This document shows positions 29,760-38,639 of a DNA stretch of 47,496 nucleotides, piece after piece. The position numbers and the translations under genes were made by a program. The notes beneath the pieces are model-generated. The model did not search any database. It was given only the letters and a program-made list of their open reading frames with translations, and was not told the origin of the DNA. Numbering within the stretch: the first letter of the stretch is position 1; each line of letters begins with the position of its first letter. Source of the stretch: Gemmatimonadota bacterium (GTDB lineage Bacteria; Gemmatimonadota; Gemmatimonadetes; Gemmatimonadales; GWC2-71-9); contig JBDHAB010000036.1 of the NCBI GenBank assembly GCA_039588295.1, positions 1 to 47,496 of the forward strand, read 5' to 3'.

Positions 29760-29898
29760 GATACGCCCCCCAGAGCTGGGAAGTGAGATGTTGTCCTGGT
29801 TCACTGCGGAGCCGGCGCTGCGAGCGACCCGGCTTCGCGAAAACGCCAACAAATCTTGGGAGGAACGCCTACAAAGCGTAATAGCAATGTATCGGTTC

Positions 29899-29928
29899 TA
29901 AATATCGGCCCGGGCCGGACGATGTCAA
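29899..29928 (-). promoter_or_regulatory. Putative sigma70 promoter for the susC operon
   Basis: Minus strand TTGACA-18 nt-TATTTA within an AT-richer patch upstream of susC. Confidence 0.4.
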
Positions 29929-30023
29929 GGATCGTGCGGGTGGGTTTTTCCCGGCCGAGGCCGGTCTCGGCAGCCTGCGGGAGTCACCTCAGCTCGCGGG
30001 AGGACCGCGGCGGTGCCGGCGCG

Positions 30024-30653
30024 CTACCCCTTTTGCTTTGCCATCCTCTTTCGAGGGGCCTTCTTCCTCGCCTTCTTCTGCGGCGGTTTCTTGCGGGGCG
30101 TCTTTGGGGCTCCTGGCTTACCGGCGGCGGGCTCGCCGCCGGATTGGGCTGGTTCGACCACTGCGTCCTCGATGCGGTGACGTCGCCGCAGCACCACCGG
30201 CACGGAGAACCCGTCCATCCCGTCGATCGCAAACTCCCCCTGGTATCCGAGGCCGGCGGCGAGCTTGCGGTCGATCGAGACCTCGGCCTGGACTACCTGT
30301 CGCTCCCCCGGCTTGAGGTCCAGCTTGGCCGGTTGAAAGGACACCTTCGCAGGCACGCTCGTGCCGTCCGGGTCTGTGAATGCTGATGCAACGAGCCGGC
30401 AGGACACCTTCCGCTCGAGATCGTTGGTGACCAGAAAGGCGCTGCGCACGGTGCTGCCTTCCTCGCCCTCCAGCACGAGGACACCAGCATCGGCGCCGGC
30501 ATCCGCGGTGGAACCGCTGTCTTGGGGCGTCAGGAAGATCTCGGACATTCCGCGGAGGTACTCCAGCGAGAGATCTAACCACCCCTGATAGAACTTGACG
30601 TTCGCCTCAACGGCCCGCCGGAAGATCTCGTTGACATCCAGCGTATCAGCCAT
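30024..30653 (-). CDS. Unknown protein: amphipathic N-helix + Ig-like beta domain + Lys/Pro/Ala-rich basic tail
   Basis: 209 aa; IFRRAVEANVKFYQGWLDLSLEYLRGMSEIF, a beta-rich middle, and tail KPGAPKTPRKKPPQKKARKKAPRKRMAK. Overlaps the upstream stop by 8 nt. Confidence 0.8.
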   Translation of the reverse strand: MADTLDVNEIFRRAVEANVKFYQGWLDLSLEYLRGMSEIFLTPQDSGSTADAGADAGVLVLEGEEGSTVRSAFLVTNDLERKVSCRLVASAFTDPDGTSVPAKVSFQPAKLDLKPGERQVVQAEVSIDRKLAAGLGYQGEFAIDGMDGFSVPVVLRRRHRIEDAVVEPAQSGGEPAAGKPGAPKTPRKKPPQKKARKKAPRKRMAKQKG

Positions 30654-31224
30654 CCTTCACCTTCACGTGGTCGACGTGCTTGCACGGCCGCGGGCAGTAG
30701 AAGTGATCGTACCAATGGTGGATGTGGTCGGGGCAGTCGTGCACGAATGCTTCGCAGCAGATCCGCGCGGCACATTCGCTGACGCTGACCTCGACGCGCA
30801 CGACGTGATCGTTACAACCGTGTACCAGGATCGGTCCCCTGATCGTCTGGCCGGGCTCGATGTCGTCCGGAATCTTCACGGTCACCACGATGGTCCGCTG
30901 TTCCTGCGGGTCGATGACAAGGGTCGTGGGTTCGAACGCCATCCAGCCGGCCATGCGTCCCATCGCCCGAGCCACGACGACGTGGCGCGACCAATCGCAG
31001 TTCGTCACGTGGATCCGAATCTTCCCGAAGCACCCCCGTGGGATGGCAAGACCGCAGGTCCCCGCCGGCTGAGGCTCCCAGCATGGCGGTGGAATTTCGC
31101 AGTGGTCCGGCGCCCGTCTCGTGAGAGCCCCAGCCAACGTGGCCGCCACCTGTGCCGGCGCCTCGAGGAGAACCGCGATGGCGTCTCCCAACGAGCCCGT
31201 CCGGGTGCTCTCGACGCGTCTCAT
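30646..31224 (-). CDS. Unknown Cys/His-rich protein with an Ig-like core
   Basis: ATGA coupling at 31221-31224 with an AAGGAG RBS; motifs CEIPPPCWEP and ICCEAFVHDCPDHIHHWYDHFYCPRPC. Confidence 0.8.
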   Translation of the reverse strand: MRRVESTRTGSLGDAIAVLLEAPAQVAATLAGALTRRAPDHCEIPPPCWEPQPAGTCGLAIPRGCFGKIRIHVTNCDWSRHVVVARAMGRMAGWMAFEPTTLVIDPQEQRTIVVTVKIPDDIEPGQTIRGPILVHGCNDHVVRVEVSVSECAARICCEAFVHDCPDHIHHWYDHFYCPRPCKHVDHVKVKDG

Positions 31225-31955
31225 GCCTTTCTCCTTCCGCGGCGCGCGGGTTCCTGTGCGCGTTTGGTGACCTCGACGTCGATAATGTGAGTGACGTTTC
31301 CGATCTGCCACGTGCCAGAATAGGAGTACCGGGCCTGCACGGTGACCGGAATCTCCAGAAGAGCGGCAAGCTCGCGCGACTGGCCCGGGTTGAGAACCCC
31401 GCCACCGCGGGCCACCGCCAGACGAGCCACCCCACCATGACCTTCGCGCAGTTCCTCAAAGAAGCGGTCGACCCGGCTCTCGTCCTCCGCGAGCTCGGCC
31501 CGCAATGCCCGACCCAACGCTCGATCCTGCCCGTCGACATCTTCCAGATCCAACTCGGCCGCGCGCGGTACCTCGTACGCCACGTTCCCCGCGTTGGCGA
31601 CCGTGACCCCGAACTCCGCCCGCCCCCCCGGTTCTGCTGAGAGGACCGTCCGCTTGGGATGGACGCGCAGCTGTACCACGGGTTCGACCTCGACCACGAT
31701 ATTTCGGTTCTTGCCGCCCACGGGCGCTTTGCCGCGGTAGGTGCCCGGCGGTGTCTCGCGGGGGAGCTGCAGTCGGATCTCACTGGCTTCGCGGCCGAAG
31801 GGTGCTATCCGGGCGCGTAGCAGGGCCGACTCGGCGGGGAGCTTCAGTGTCACGGGCACGACGGCACGGCTCGGAGTGCCGAAGTGCACCACGGCCGAGA
31901 GCCTGCGCGGCGGACCCCGAAGCGTGATGACCTCGCTTCCCTTGACGGATGTCAT
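31221..31955 (-). CDS. Unknown beta-rich (Ig-like) protein, 244 aa
   Basis: ATGA coupling at both ends; LPRETPPGTYRG, VTVANAGNV and LNPGQSREL are typical of Ig/CARDB-like strands. Confidence 0.78.
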   Translation of the reverse strand: MTSVKGSEVITLRGPPRRLSAVVHFGTPSRAVVPVTLKLPAESALLRARIAPFGREASEIRLQLPRETPPGTYRGKAPVGGKNRNIVVEVEPVVQLRVHPKRTVLSAEPGGRAEFGVTVANAGNVAYEVPRAAELDLEDVDGQDRALGRALRAELAEDESRVDRFFEELREGHGGVARLAVARGGGVLNPGQSRELAALLEIPVTVQARYSYSGTWQIGNVTHIIDVEVTKRAQEPARRGRRKA

Positions 31956-32371
31956 TTGGCGTCCTTCAGGTGGAGCACCGCGCCGATAGCTTCGCGCGGT
32001 TCATACACCAACCGCGACGGGCCGCACCGCTCGCACGGGTTCGGCTGATACGGTTCGGTGATGACCTGTGCCTCACCACAGAGGTGGAGGGCGGCGAGTT
32101 CCATGCCGAGAATGGACAGTCCCAGGCGGAAATTGGCCGGCACGTGTGCGCGCACCTGCGGGATCTCCTTGATCCGCAGGTTCAAGTCCGGCAGGCTGTC
32201 GATCGCGACGTTGTAACTGCTCGGGATGCCATTCAACGTCATCGGTCCCATGGGACCGATGGCCGTGATGCTGAAATCGGGAAGGTTGGTCACGTCCACG
32301 TCGACGGGGGGAAGGTCATTGACGTCGACGTCGACCTGGGGCATGCTGTTGACATTGACGGTGGTCGCCAT
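31952..32371 (-). CDS. Unknown 139-aa protein with 10-aa beta-type repeats and a C-terminal CxxC
   Basis: VNVNSMPQ/VDVDVNDLPP/VDVDVTNLPD repeats with a 30-nt DNA period at 32280-32369; LCGEAQVITEPYQPNPCERC; GGAG RBS. Confidence 0.8.
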   Translation of the reverse strand: MATTVNVNSMPQVDVDVNDLPPVDVDVTNLPDFSITAIGPMGPMTLNGIPSSYNVAIDSLPDLNLRIKEIPQVRAHVPANFRLGLSILGMELAALHLCGEAQVITEPYQPNPCERCGPSRLVYEPREAIGAVLHLKDAK

Positions 32372-32548
32372 GGTCCGCTCCGAGCCCTCTGTCCATCCCT
32401 GATTTATCCGCGCGGACTATGGGCGTCAAGCGCCCCTCGAACTCGCTGTGCCGAACTGCGACAGTCGCGCCCGTGACCGAAAGGGGTCTTGCGCGGGGCT
32501 GGACTTGCGCACACCGTTGCTGGAAGAACCGTCTCATGGGAGCGTGCC

Positions 32549-32902
32549 ATGTCCGCTCTTCGCTGGAACGCCGCAGTCGTCGACTCGCCAGATTCCGTTC
32601 CGTACACCGTCGTCGGCGATCTCCTGCTTGCCGTCCGCACCCCGCGGTCGCGGGACTTCGTCACGGTGGAGGTCGGTCCCGCGCCCGGGGGCCGGCAGCG
32701 ACTCTCCGCGTCGGGCGACGTGTTCAAATCACCGAAGCCGTATCCTTGTTTGACGGGTCAGTGGCAGGGTGAGGTTCACACAGGAGACACGGTGGATTTC
32801 CAGGTTGCGGGGGGATCCTATCATCTGACCCTGGCGCAGCTAGCAGAGAGCCCCGACGGCTTCCCGTGGGTCACGTGCCAGTTCTGTCTTGAGCGGGACT
32901 AA
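32549..32902 (+). CDS. Hypothetical protein, 117 aa
   Basis: GGGAG RBS before ATG 32549; ends WVTCQFCLERD and overlaps the GGR start. Confidence 0.6.
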   Translation: MSALRWNAAVVDSPDSVPYTVVGDLLLAVRTPRSRDFVTVEVGPAPGGRQRLSASGDVFKSPKPYPCLTGQWQGEVHTGDTVDFQVAGGSYHLTLAQLAESPDGFPWVTCQFCLERD

Positions 32903-34427
32903 ACCGCGTCCCGCGATTGGCGGGCGTCGCCGCGCGTACGACGTGGTCGTCGTCGGGGGCGGCCCCGCGGGCGCGGTCACGGGATGGGCGCTCGCGTCAC
33001 GCGGTGTGCGCGTCCTCGTGCTGGACCGGGCGCGGTTCCCGCGCGAGAAGGTCTGCGGCGATTTCGTCGAGCCCCGCGGCCTGCGTCTCTTCCGCAAAAT
33101 GGGGTGCCTGAGCGCCGTGGAGGCGACCGGGCCGCTGGCGATCACGCACGTCAACCTGTTTCTCAACGGGACCAGCGCGTATCGCGGTACCATTCCGTTC
33201 TACGCCTCCCACGCCGACCTCCCCCCGCACGGCTACATCATCCCGCGCGAAGAACTCGACCATCGCATCCTTGCCTCGGCCATCGAGGCCGGCGCTGAGC
33301 TGCGCGAGGGATGTCAGGTCACGGGTGTGGAGCGGAACGGAAAGGGTATGGCCGTCCGGGTGCGGGACGGAGGTTCGAACGGCGCGTTGCAGGCACCGAT
33401 CGTGATCGGCGCCGACGGCACACACTCCATCGTGGCGCGTTCGTTCGGTCTTCTCTCGGACGATCCCCGGTACATCGCGGTGTCCCAACGCGCGTACGTC
33501 GAGGGCGTCGAGATCTCACGCGGCGAGGCCGCCTTCCTCTTCGACCGTGAGCTGTTTCCGGGATATGGGTGGATGTTCCCCATGGCGCACGGCCGCGCCA
33601 ACGTAGGGGTGGGGATCTTGGCGGAAACGCGCGACCGATACCGGATCAGCGTGCGTAAGCTGCTCGATGCGTTTCTCCGAAAGCTCCGACGGGTACACCC
33701 GGGATGCCGCTCGATGCGTCTCGCCTCTAAGCCCATCGGGGGGATCGTGAAGACCTATGGCGGCAGCGGGCCGAACTACTTCGACGGGGGAATTCTCGTT
33801 GGAGACGCCGGCAGCTTCGTAGACCCGATGACCGGGGAAGGGATCACTCCCGCGGCCGAGTCGGCGCTCTTGGGGGCCACGGTCGTGGCTGACGCGTTGG
33901 AGCAGGGGCGAACGAGCGCCAAGTTTCTGTCGGCCTACGAGCGGGGCTTCCGCGCGTACTTCGACCCGGCCATGTGTTACGTGGACTTCTGTGCGTGCCT
34001 CATGCGCAATCGGCATCTTCGCGAGTTCTGGCTCAGTGTGGTTACTCGAGGGTGCGAGCTCGCGATGGGCGACAACTCGTTCGCCCGGCTCGGTGGTGCG
34101 CCCTTCGGTGGGATCGCGGTGCAACCGCTCGACATCGTCCTCCACATGTGGGCGAAGAGCGCGGGACAGCTCGCCGCCGACAGCGGCCGCATCATGACGG
34201 AATTACTCTCTGGAGGGACCCGTTCGTTGGTCGAGGCCGTTGGCGATGTGGGACGGTGGCAAACCGGATGGTGGTCGTCGGTGGTGGATGATCCAATCTG
34301 GCACTCGCGGTGGATGGCGGACGTGACGAGCAAGTGGTTGCGCCTGTATCGGACTACGCGGCTGCGGGATCCCCGGGTGCGAGGTCCGGTGCAACTCCGA
34401 TTGACGCCGTCCGCCAGGTCAGGCTGA
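32889..34427 (+). CDS. Geranylgeranyl-reductase/MenJ-family FAD oxidoreductase with a Trp-rich C-terminal extension
   Basis: GGGPAG, FPREKVCGD, IGADG, PGYGWMFP and LVGDAGSFVDPMTGEGI motifs. Confidence 0.88.
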   Translation: MSGTKPRPAIGGRRRAYDVVVVGGGPAGAVTGWALASRGVRVLVLDRARFPREKVCGDFVEPRGLRLFRKMGCLSAVEATGPLAITHVNLFLNGTSAYRGTIPFYASHADLPPHGYIIPREELDHRILASAIEAGAELREGCQVTGVERNGKGMAVRVRDGGSNGALQAPIVIGADGTHSIVARSFGLLSDDPRYIAVSQRAYVEGVEISRGEAAFLFDRELFPGYGWMFPMAHGRANVGVGILAETRDRYRISVRKLLDAFLRKLRRVHPGCRSMRLASKPIGGIVKTYGGSGPNYFDGGILVGDAGSFVDPMTGEGITPAAESALLGATVVADALEQGRTSAKFLSAYERGFRAYFDPAMCYVDFCACLMRNRHLREFWLSVVTRGCELAMGDNSFARLGGAPFGGIAVQPLDIVLHMWAKSAGQLAADSGRIMTELLSGGTRSLVEAVGDVGRWQTGWWSSVVDDPIWHSRWMADVTSKWLRLYRTTRLRDPRVRGPVQLRLTPSARSG

Positions 34428-35312
34428 GAGGCGCCGGGTATTCCGAACGAGCTTGAGAAGTGGGTCCGGGTTGGGGGCGACCGTGGTGGCCTCCGCTTCC
34501 GCCTCCATCGCGATCTTGTCGAGATACTGCTCCGCGGTCGGGAGCACCGCTTCCATCATCTCGAGGAATCGTTGCGTCCCTTCGGGAGTCGGGTTGCGAA
34601 AGTGCAACGCGGCTTCGGGGTTCTGAATTGCGAGGGCCGCCGGCAGGGTCAGGATGCCATCTCGAATGTCCTGCTCGCCCCCACCGCCGAGTGCCACGGC
34701 GCCCCTCACGTCACCGACGTCGTCGCACCCGTGGTATAGCATCCCCAGCAAGCGACCGAAGTGTCGTAGCTTCTCGTCGCCGGTTCCGAGGCAGGCACAC
34801 ACCTCGAACATGGTACCGGTGTCTTCTCCCGCGATGTGCCGCCAGTCCTCGACCCCAAGCGGGTGCCGCCGCAACCGCCATTGCAGCGCCTCTGCAGAAG
34901 CCAGCCGCTTGAACAACTCGCCGATCCGATGGATTGCAAACGGCTCTTCGGCGACCATTTGGTAGGCATCCGCCGCGATGTAGCCGGAGGCCATGAGCGC
35001 CGGGAGCAATCCGAAACGGCAGTGCAGGGTGAGCACGCCGCGACGAAAGCGGGAGCGGTCGAGAATGTCGTCGACGATGAGTGAGACGTTGTGCACCATC
35101 TCGACCGCCACCGCGGCCTTCATGACCTTGGCGTCGATCGGTGCGTCAGACATGGCCGTGTGGCAGGCGAACAACGCCACGGGCCGGAAGTACTTGGAAC
35201 GGCCGAGGAACTGCCACTCGAGTAGCGACTTGAGTTCGTGGTCGCTACGGTCGGTCCAACTACGCAGGAACTCCTTGAGCGCGTCGAGTTGCTGATCGAA
35301 TCCCTCGGCCAT
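34419..35312 (-). CDS. Polyprenyl synthetase (trans-IDS) fold enzyme, divergent
   Basis: SKYFRP, EMVHNVSLIVDDILDRSRFRRG (FARM), GCDDVGD (SARM) and DIRDGILTLP; probable ATG 35312. Confidence 0.85.
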   Translation of the reverse strand: MAEGFDQQLDALKEFLRSWTDRSDHELKSLLEWQFLGRSKYFRPVALFACHTAMSDAPIDAKVMKAAVAVEMVHNVSLIVDDILDRSRFRRGVLTLHCRFGLLPALMASGYIAADAYQMVAEEPFAIHRIGELFKRLASAEALQWRLRRHPLGVEDWRHIAGEDTGTMFEVCACLGTGDEKLRHFGRLLGMLYHGCDDVGDVRGAVALGGGGEQDIRDGILTLPAALAIQNPEAALHFRNPTPEGTQRFLEMMEAVLPTAEQYLDKIAMEAEAEATTVAPNPDPLLKLVRNTRRLSA

Positions 35313-35372
35313 GATGAGGCCGGCGGGCGCGGGCGACCGCGATGCAGGAGTGCCCACCGACCGTTCTCGGGA

Positions 35373-35819
35373 TCAGGCTTTGACGCGCCCGGCGCGCTTC
35401 CGGCGGGACTTGCTCTTCTTTCTTGCCGCTGCTCGCTTCGTCGTGCGGGATGTCTTCGTGTTCCGCTTGGCGGTGCTCCTCGTGCGGGCCGAACCTGCCG
35501 TGTCCGTCTTCTTCTTCTTCTTCTTGATCTCGTCCAGTTCTTCGATGAAGCGCGAAGCGGTATGGCGCGGCAGTTCGGTCATCGAGCGAATGCCGGCCCG
35601 TCCGGCATCGAAGACCTCCAGCAGGACCTCTTTCGGCTCGTGCTCTGCCGAATTGATCGTGCGCAGACTGTTCGAGGCCGACTTGACGAACTCGGAAGTC
35701 TGCTCGACCCACTCGCGCCAAAAGCCAATGCCCGCTTTGAACGCAGCGAGCTGGACTTCGATGGCGTCCGTGAGTAGCTGGCGCAGCTCTTCGTCGCGGT
35801 TGGCTTCGGTCGGTGCCAT
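35373..35819 (-). CDS. Unknown helical (phasin-like) protein with a histone-like basic tail
   Basis: ATG 35819; amphipathic LAAFKAGIGFWREWVEQTSEFVKS; tail KKKKKK...KRAAARKKSKSRRKRAGRVKA. Confidence 0.75.
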   Translation of the reverse strand: MAPTEANRDEELRQLLTDAIEVQLAAFKAGIGFWREWVEQTSEFVKSASNSLRTINSAEHEPKEVLLEVFDAGRAGIRSMTELPRHTASRFIEELDEIKKKKKKTDTAGSARTRSTAKRNTKTSRTTKRAAARKKSKSRRKRAGRVKA

Positions 35820-36163
35820 GCTAACACCCCCAACGTCAATGGGCTTGGCGTGCTGCAGGACGAAGATCGCGCAGTGGCCGGGGTTCTGCAACCTGGGCGC
35901 TGGTGAGTCAGGATAGGAATCTGCTTTGCCCACTCCCGAGTACGTCCCCGGGCATTGCTGGCGTCCCGCCGCACGGATGAGATCTGCCGGTCAGTCTCCA
36001 GTAGCTCGAACGCTGGGGTTGGAGACGGTTCGGCATGGCGGGATACCGCGCGGGGCCGATTGCTGGGTGCGCGGTTCGGTGGTCTCAGCGATCCCCATTC
36101 ACCGCCGCTGTGCCCTGGAGAGTGGGGGCAGCACCCGGGTGCCGGTGATCGCCGACTGGAGGC

Positions 36164-36869
36164 TCAGGTTTCGTGGGTGGGCGGATCGTCCGGGCGCTGC
36201 GCCTTCGCCGCCAGCGCGAGCCGCGCGGCCACTCCCTCCATTTGACGCCGGCGCAGCCGCGCCCAGCCCGGCAGGCGGAGCGCGCCGATGCCGAACATGC
36301 TGAGCCCGATGGCCGACAGGAATCCTGCCCCCGGGAATGCGCCGCCGAGCTGGCCGGTCACCGCAGACCCGATCAGAAGCGCGGCCGCGACTCCGAGACT
36401 CGCGAGCCCCGCGGTCATCAAGCCACGGGCGTCGCCTTTGACGGTTCGGAGGCGGAGCCGGTGGCCGGTCGCGGTCGGCTCGAGAAGGGCCTGCAAGTTG
36501 CCGTTGGTCCACTGGCGGAAGGAACCGTCATTTCTGACCGAGCCCCGCGCGTCGAACGTCTCGCGCAAATCAACGACCAAGCGCTCCCATTCCTCTTCTG
36601 AGATTCCGCCGGTCGAGGTCGACGGTCCGTCCGACGCCGATCGGAAGACCGAGGAAGGTCCGTGACGCCGGGAGTCCGCCTTGATCCATGGATCTCGCCG
36701 CCTGGGCCACCAATTCGGGTGGGATACCCACCTCGCGGCCGATCTCCTGCAGGTCGGAGAGCATCATGCCCTCGCCGGAGGGGAGCTGACGCCGGGCGGT
36801 TTGCTGCGCCTCGGCGGCCCGCTCGAAGATGGCGGCGACCTCCTCCTCGCTGTAACGTCGCTCGGTCAT
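36164..36869 (-). pseudogene. Membrane protein gene with a +1 frameshift near 36605
   Basis: MTERRYSEEEVAAIFERAAEAQ...GRTVDLDRR continues as ISEEEWERLVVDLRETF... plus 2 TM if one base is removed from CGG-A-ATC. Confidence 0.75.
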
Positions 36870-37215
36870 AGCGGCTGCAAGATCGCTGGACCCGCCTTTC
36901 GGGGCAAACCGCCGCCTATCGACGATGTGGGCAGAGGGTTGGTGGATGCTCGCGGCAGCAGGCAGGCTGTGCAGGGCGCGCTGTTGCAGGGGGAAACGCC
37001 AGTCGCGGAGATCGTCAAGACGGTGGCTCTTTCCCCTGAGCAGCACCGCGCCGACCGAGAATCGCGCGAGAATCTGCTGGTGCGTGACCTGCCCAAACGA
37101 CCGCAGCCAGGCCGGACCGCCAGGGCCCCGCACGAGGTCGGGCGCTGCTGGTCCCTTGACCGCAAGGAGTGACTGTTCTATCGCTCTGTAGTTACCAACT
37201 ACCGAGCATCTACTC

Positions 37216-37779
37216 ATGAACGTCATCCTCCTCGGTCCCCCCGGTTCCGGCAAAGGCACTCAGGGGGCGATCCTCGCTCGTCGGCTCGGCGTTCCCAAGA
37301 TCGCCACGGGTGAGCTCCTCAGCGACGCTGTCCAGAGGAGCACCGAGCTGGGCCGCCAAGCCAAGCAGTACATGGATCGGGGATCGCTGGTGCCGGACGA
37401 GATCATCTTGCGCCTCGTCGGGGAGCAGCTGGCGTCCCCGGATGCCGAACGGGGGATCGTCTTGGACGGCTTTCCTCGCACGATCCGGCAGGCAGAGGCC
37501 GTGAACCGCATGCTCGCGGCGCGGGGGGAGGGGGCGCGGGCGGTCGTGCTGTTCGATGTGCCCGAGGAGGACCTCGTCCGACGGCTGCTCGCCAGGGCGG
37601 CCGCCGAGGAGCGCAGCGACGAGACCCCCGAAGCGATCCGCCGCCGGCTTGACGTGTACCGGAGGTCAACGGCGCCGCTGGTCGGGTACTATCGCGAGCT
37701 GGGAGTGCTGACGATCATCCCGGGCACGGACACCGTGGAGGAGGTCGCCGAAGCGGTGAAGCGGGCTGTGGGGGAATAG
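37216..37779 (+). CDS. adk: Adenylate kinase (short LID type)
   Basis: GPPGSGKGTQ, GSLVPDE, LDGFPRT and RSDETPEAIRRRLDVY motifs. Confidence 0.95.
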   Translation: MNVILLGPPGSGKGTQGAILARRLGVPKIATGELLSDAVQRSTELGRQAKQYMDRGSLVPDEIILRLVGEQLASPDAERGIVLDGFPRTIRQAEAVNRMLAARGEGARAVVLFDVPEEDLVRRLLARAAAEERSDETPEAIRRRLDVYRRSTAPLVGYYRELGVLTIIPGTDTVEEVAEAVKRAVGE

Positions 37780-37813
37780 CATCAGGGGCCGCATCAGCGC
37801 CGGCGCGATCGCA

Positions 37814-37850
37814 GCCCAACACGTGATAGACGGACACCCTCTCGGAGCTG
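37814..37850 (-). repeat. Degenerate terminal attC half (R' GTTGGGC)
   Basis: Minus strand ...TGTCCGTCTATCACGT-GTTGGGC after the MBOAT ORF; no R'' box recognised. Confidence 0.35.
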
Positions 37851-37889
37851 CAACACTCCACCCGCTCACGAAGTCGCCGACTGTGCCCC

Positions 37890-38387
37890 TCAGAACAGGA
37901 GAAGAGCCAGTCGTCGCGCAGCCTCGAATGACCCGAGAAGGTACAGAACCTGAGCTCCTGCTCTGACCATGTAGGGTCGCCGGGACAGATCCATACCCAA
38001 TGCTTCTGAGGCGTATGCCCCCGCACCGAGCACAACGAACCACATGGTCACCAGGGGAATTCCCGTGAAGGCGATGTGGACTATGTCGTGGAGCAGAAAC
38101 CCGCAGAGGGCGAACGTGAGAATGAGAGCGATCGGACGCGGCAAGTACCTTCGCAGGGGCCGATACGACCAGTAGTAGAGAAAGTACCCGTACACCGGAT
38201 TCCAGTACCGCCAGAACGCGATAGAAGACCGCGCACCGAAGGACCGCGTGAGCATTCGTTGAGCAGCCTGCCACGGCCCGGTCGGCGTCCCAAGCCGGAT
38301 GAACGCGTAGTCTCTCACAGATGGCCGCGGTCGGGTTCTCCCGCGCCGGCGAGGCGGGGTGTCAGATGCTGAGTCACTGCCGGACAT
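37890..38387 (-). CDS. Cassette: short MBOAT-like membrane acyltransferase
   Basis: SFGARSSIAFWRYWNPVYGYFL...YRPL...GFLLHD; ATG 38387 lies 9 nt after the attC core. Confidence 0.7.
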   Translation of the reverse strand: MSGSDSASDTPPRRRGRTRPRPSVRDYAFIRLGTPTGPWQAAQRMLTRSFGARSSIAFWRYWNPVYGYFLYYWSYRPLRRYLPRPIALILTFALCGFLLHDIVHIAFTGIPLVTMWFVVLGAGAYASEALGMDLSRRPYMVRAGAQVLYLLGSFEAARRLALLLF

Positions 38388-38396
38388 CAGGTGTCC

Positions 38397-38537
38397 GTTC
38401 AACGGTTCTGCATGACCTGCAAGTACCCTGACCGCTAGCCACCCGATGGGCGAACGTATTTGTATCACCGCCAGGCGCACAAACCAACGGTTCCCTTTGA
38501 AAGGTACGCGCTCGACACGTGCGCACGCGTGTTAGGC
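38397..38537 (-). repeat. attC site
   Basis: Minus strand R'' GCCTAAC (38537-38531) ... R' GTTGAAC (38403-38397). Confidence 0.7.
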
Positions 38538-38540
38538 CAG

Positions 38541-38639
38541 TCATGACACCTGAGGGATCTGTATGAGGTTGCCGCAGGCGTCCTCGAATACGGCAACGAT
38601 GGCGCCACCCGCATTAGCCGGCTTCGCGGTGAAGACCAC
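38541..38639 (-). pseudogene. 3' remnant of a VOC/glyoxalase-family cassette gene
   Basis: Translates VVFTAKPANAGGAIVAVFEDACGNLIQIPQVS*, the typical VOC C-terminus; no 5' part present. Confidence 0.65.

Noticed and set aside
29835..29880. LacI-type operator upstream of susC
   Set aside because: Only partial, non-palindromic matches.
30024..32371. Gas vesicle, BMC or encapsulin operon
   Set aside because: No GvpA, BMC-H/P or HK97-type sequence signatures recognised.
36870..37215. ORFs or promoter upstream of adk
   Set aside because: TTGACC is present but the -10 is weak, and the overlapping ORFs have no recognisable features.
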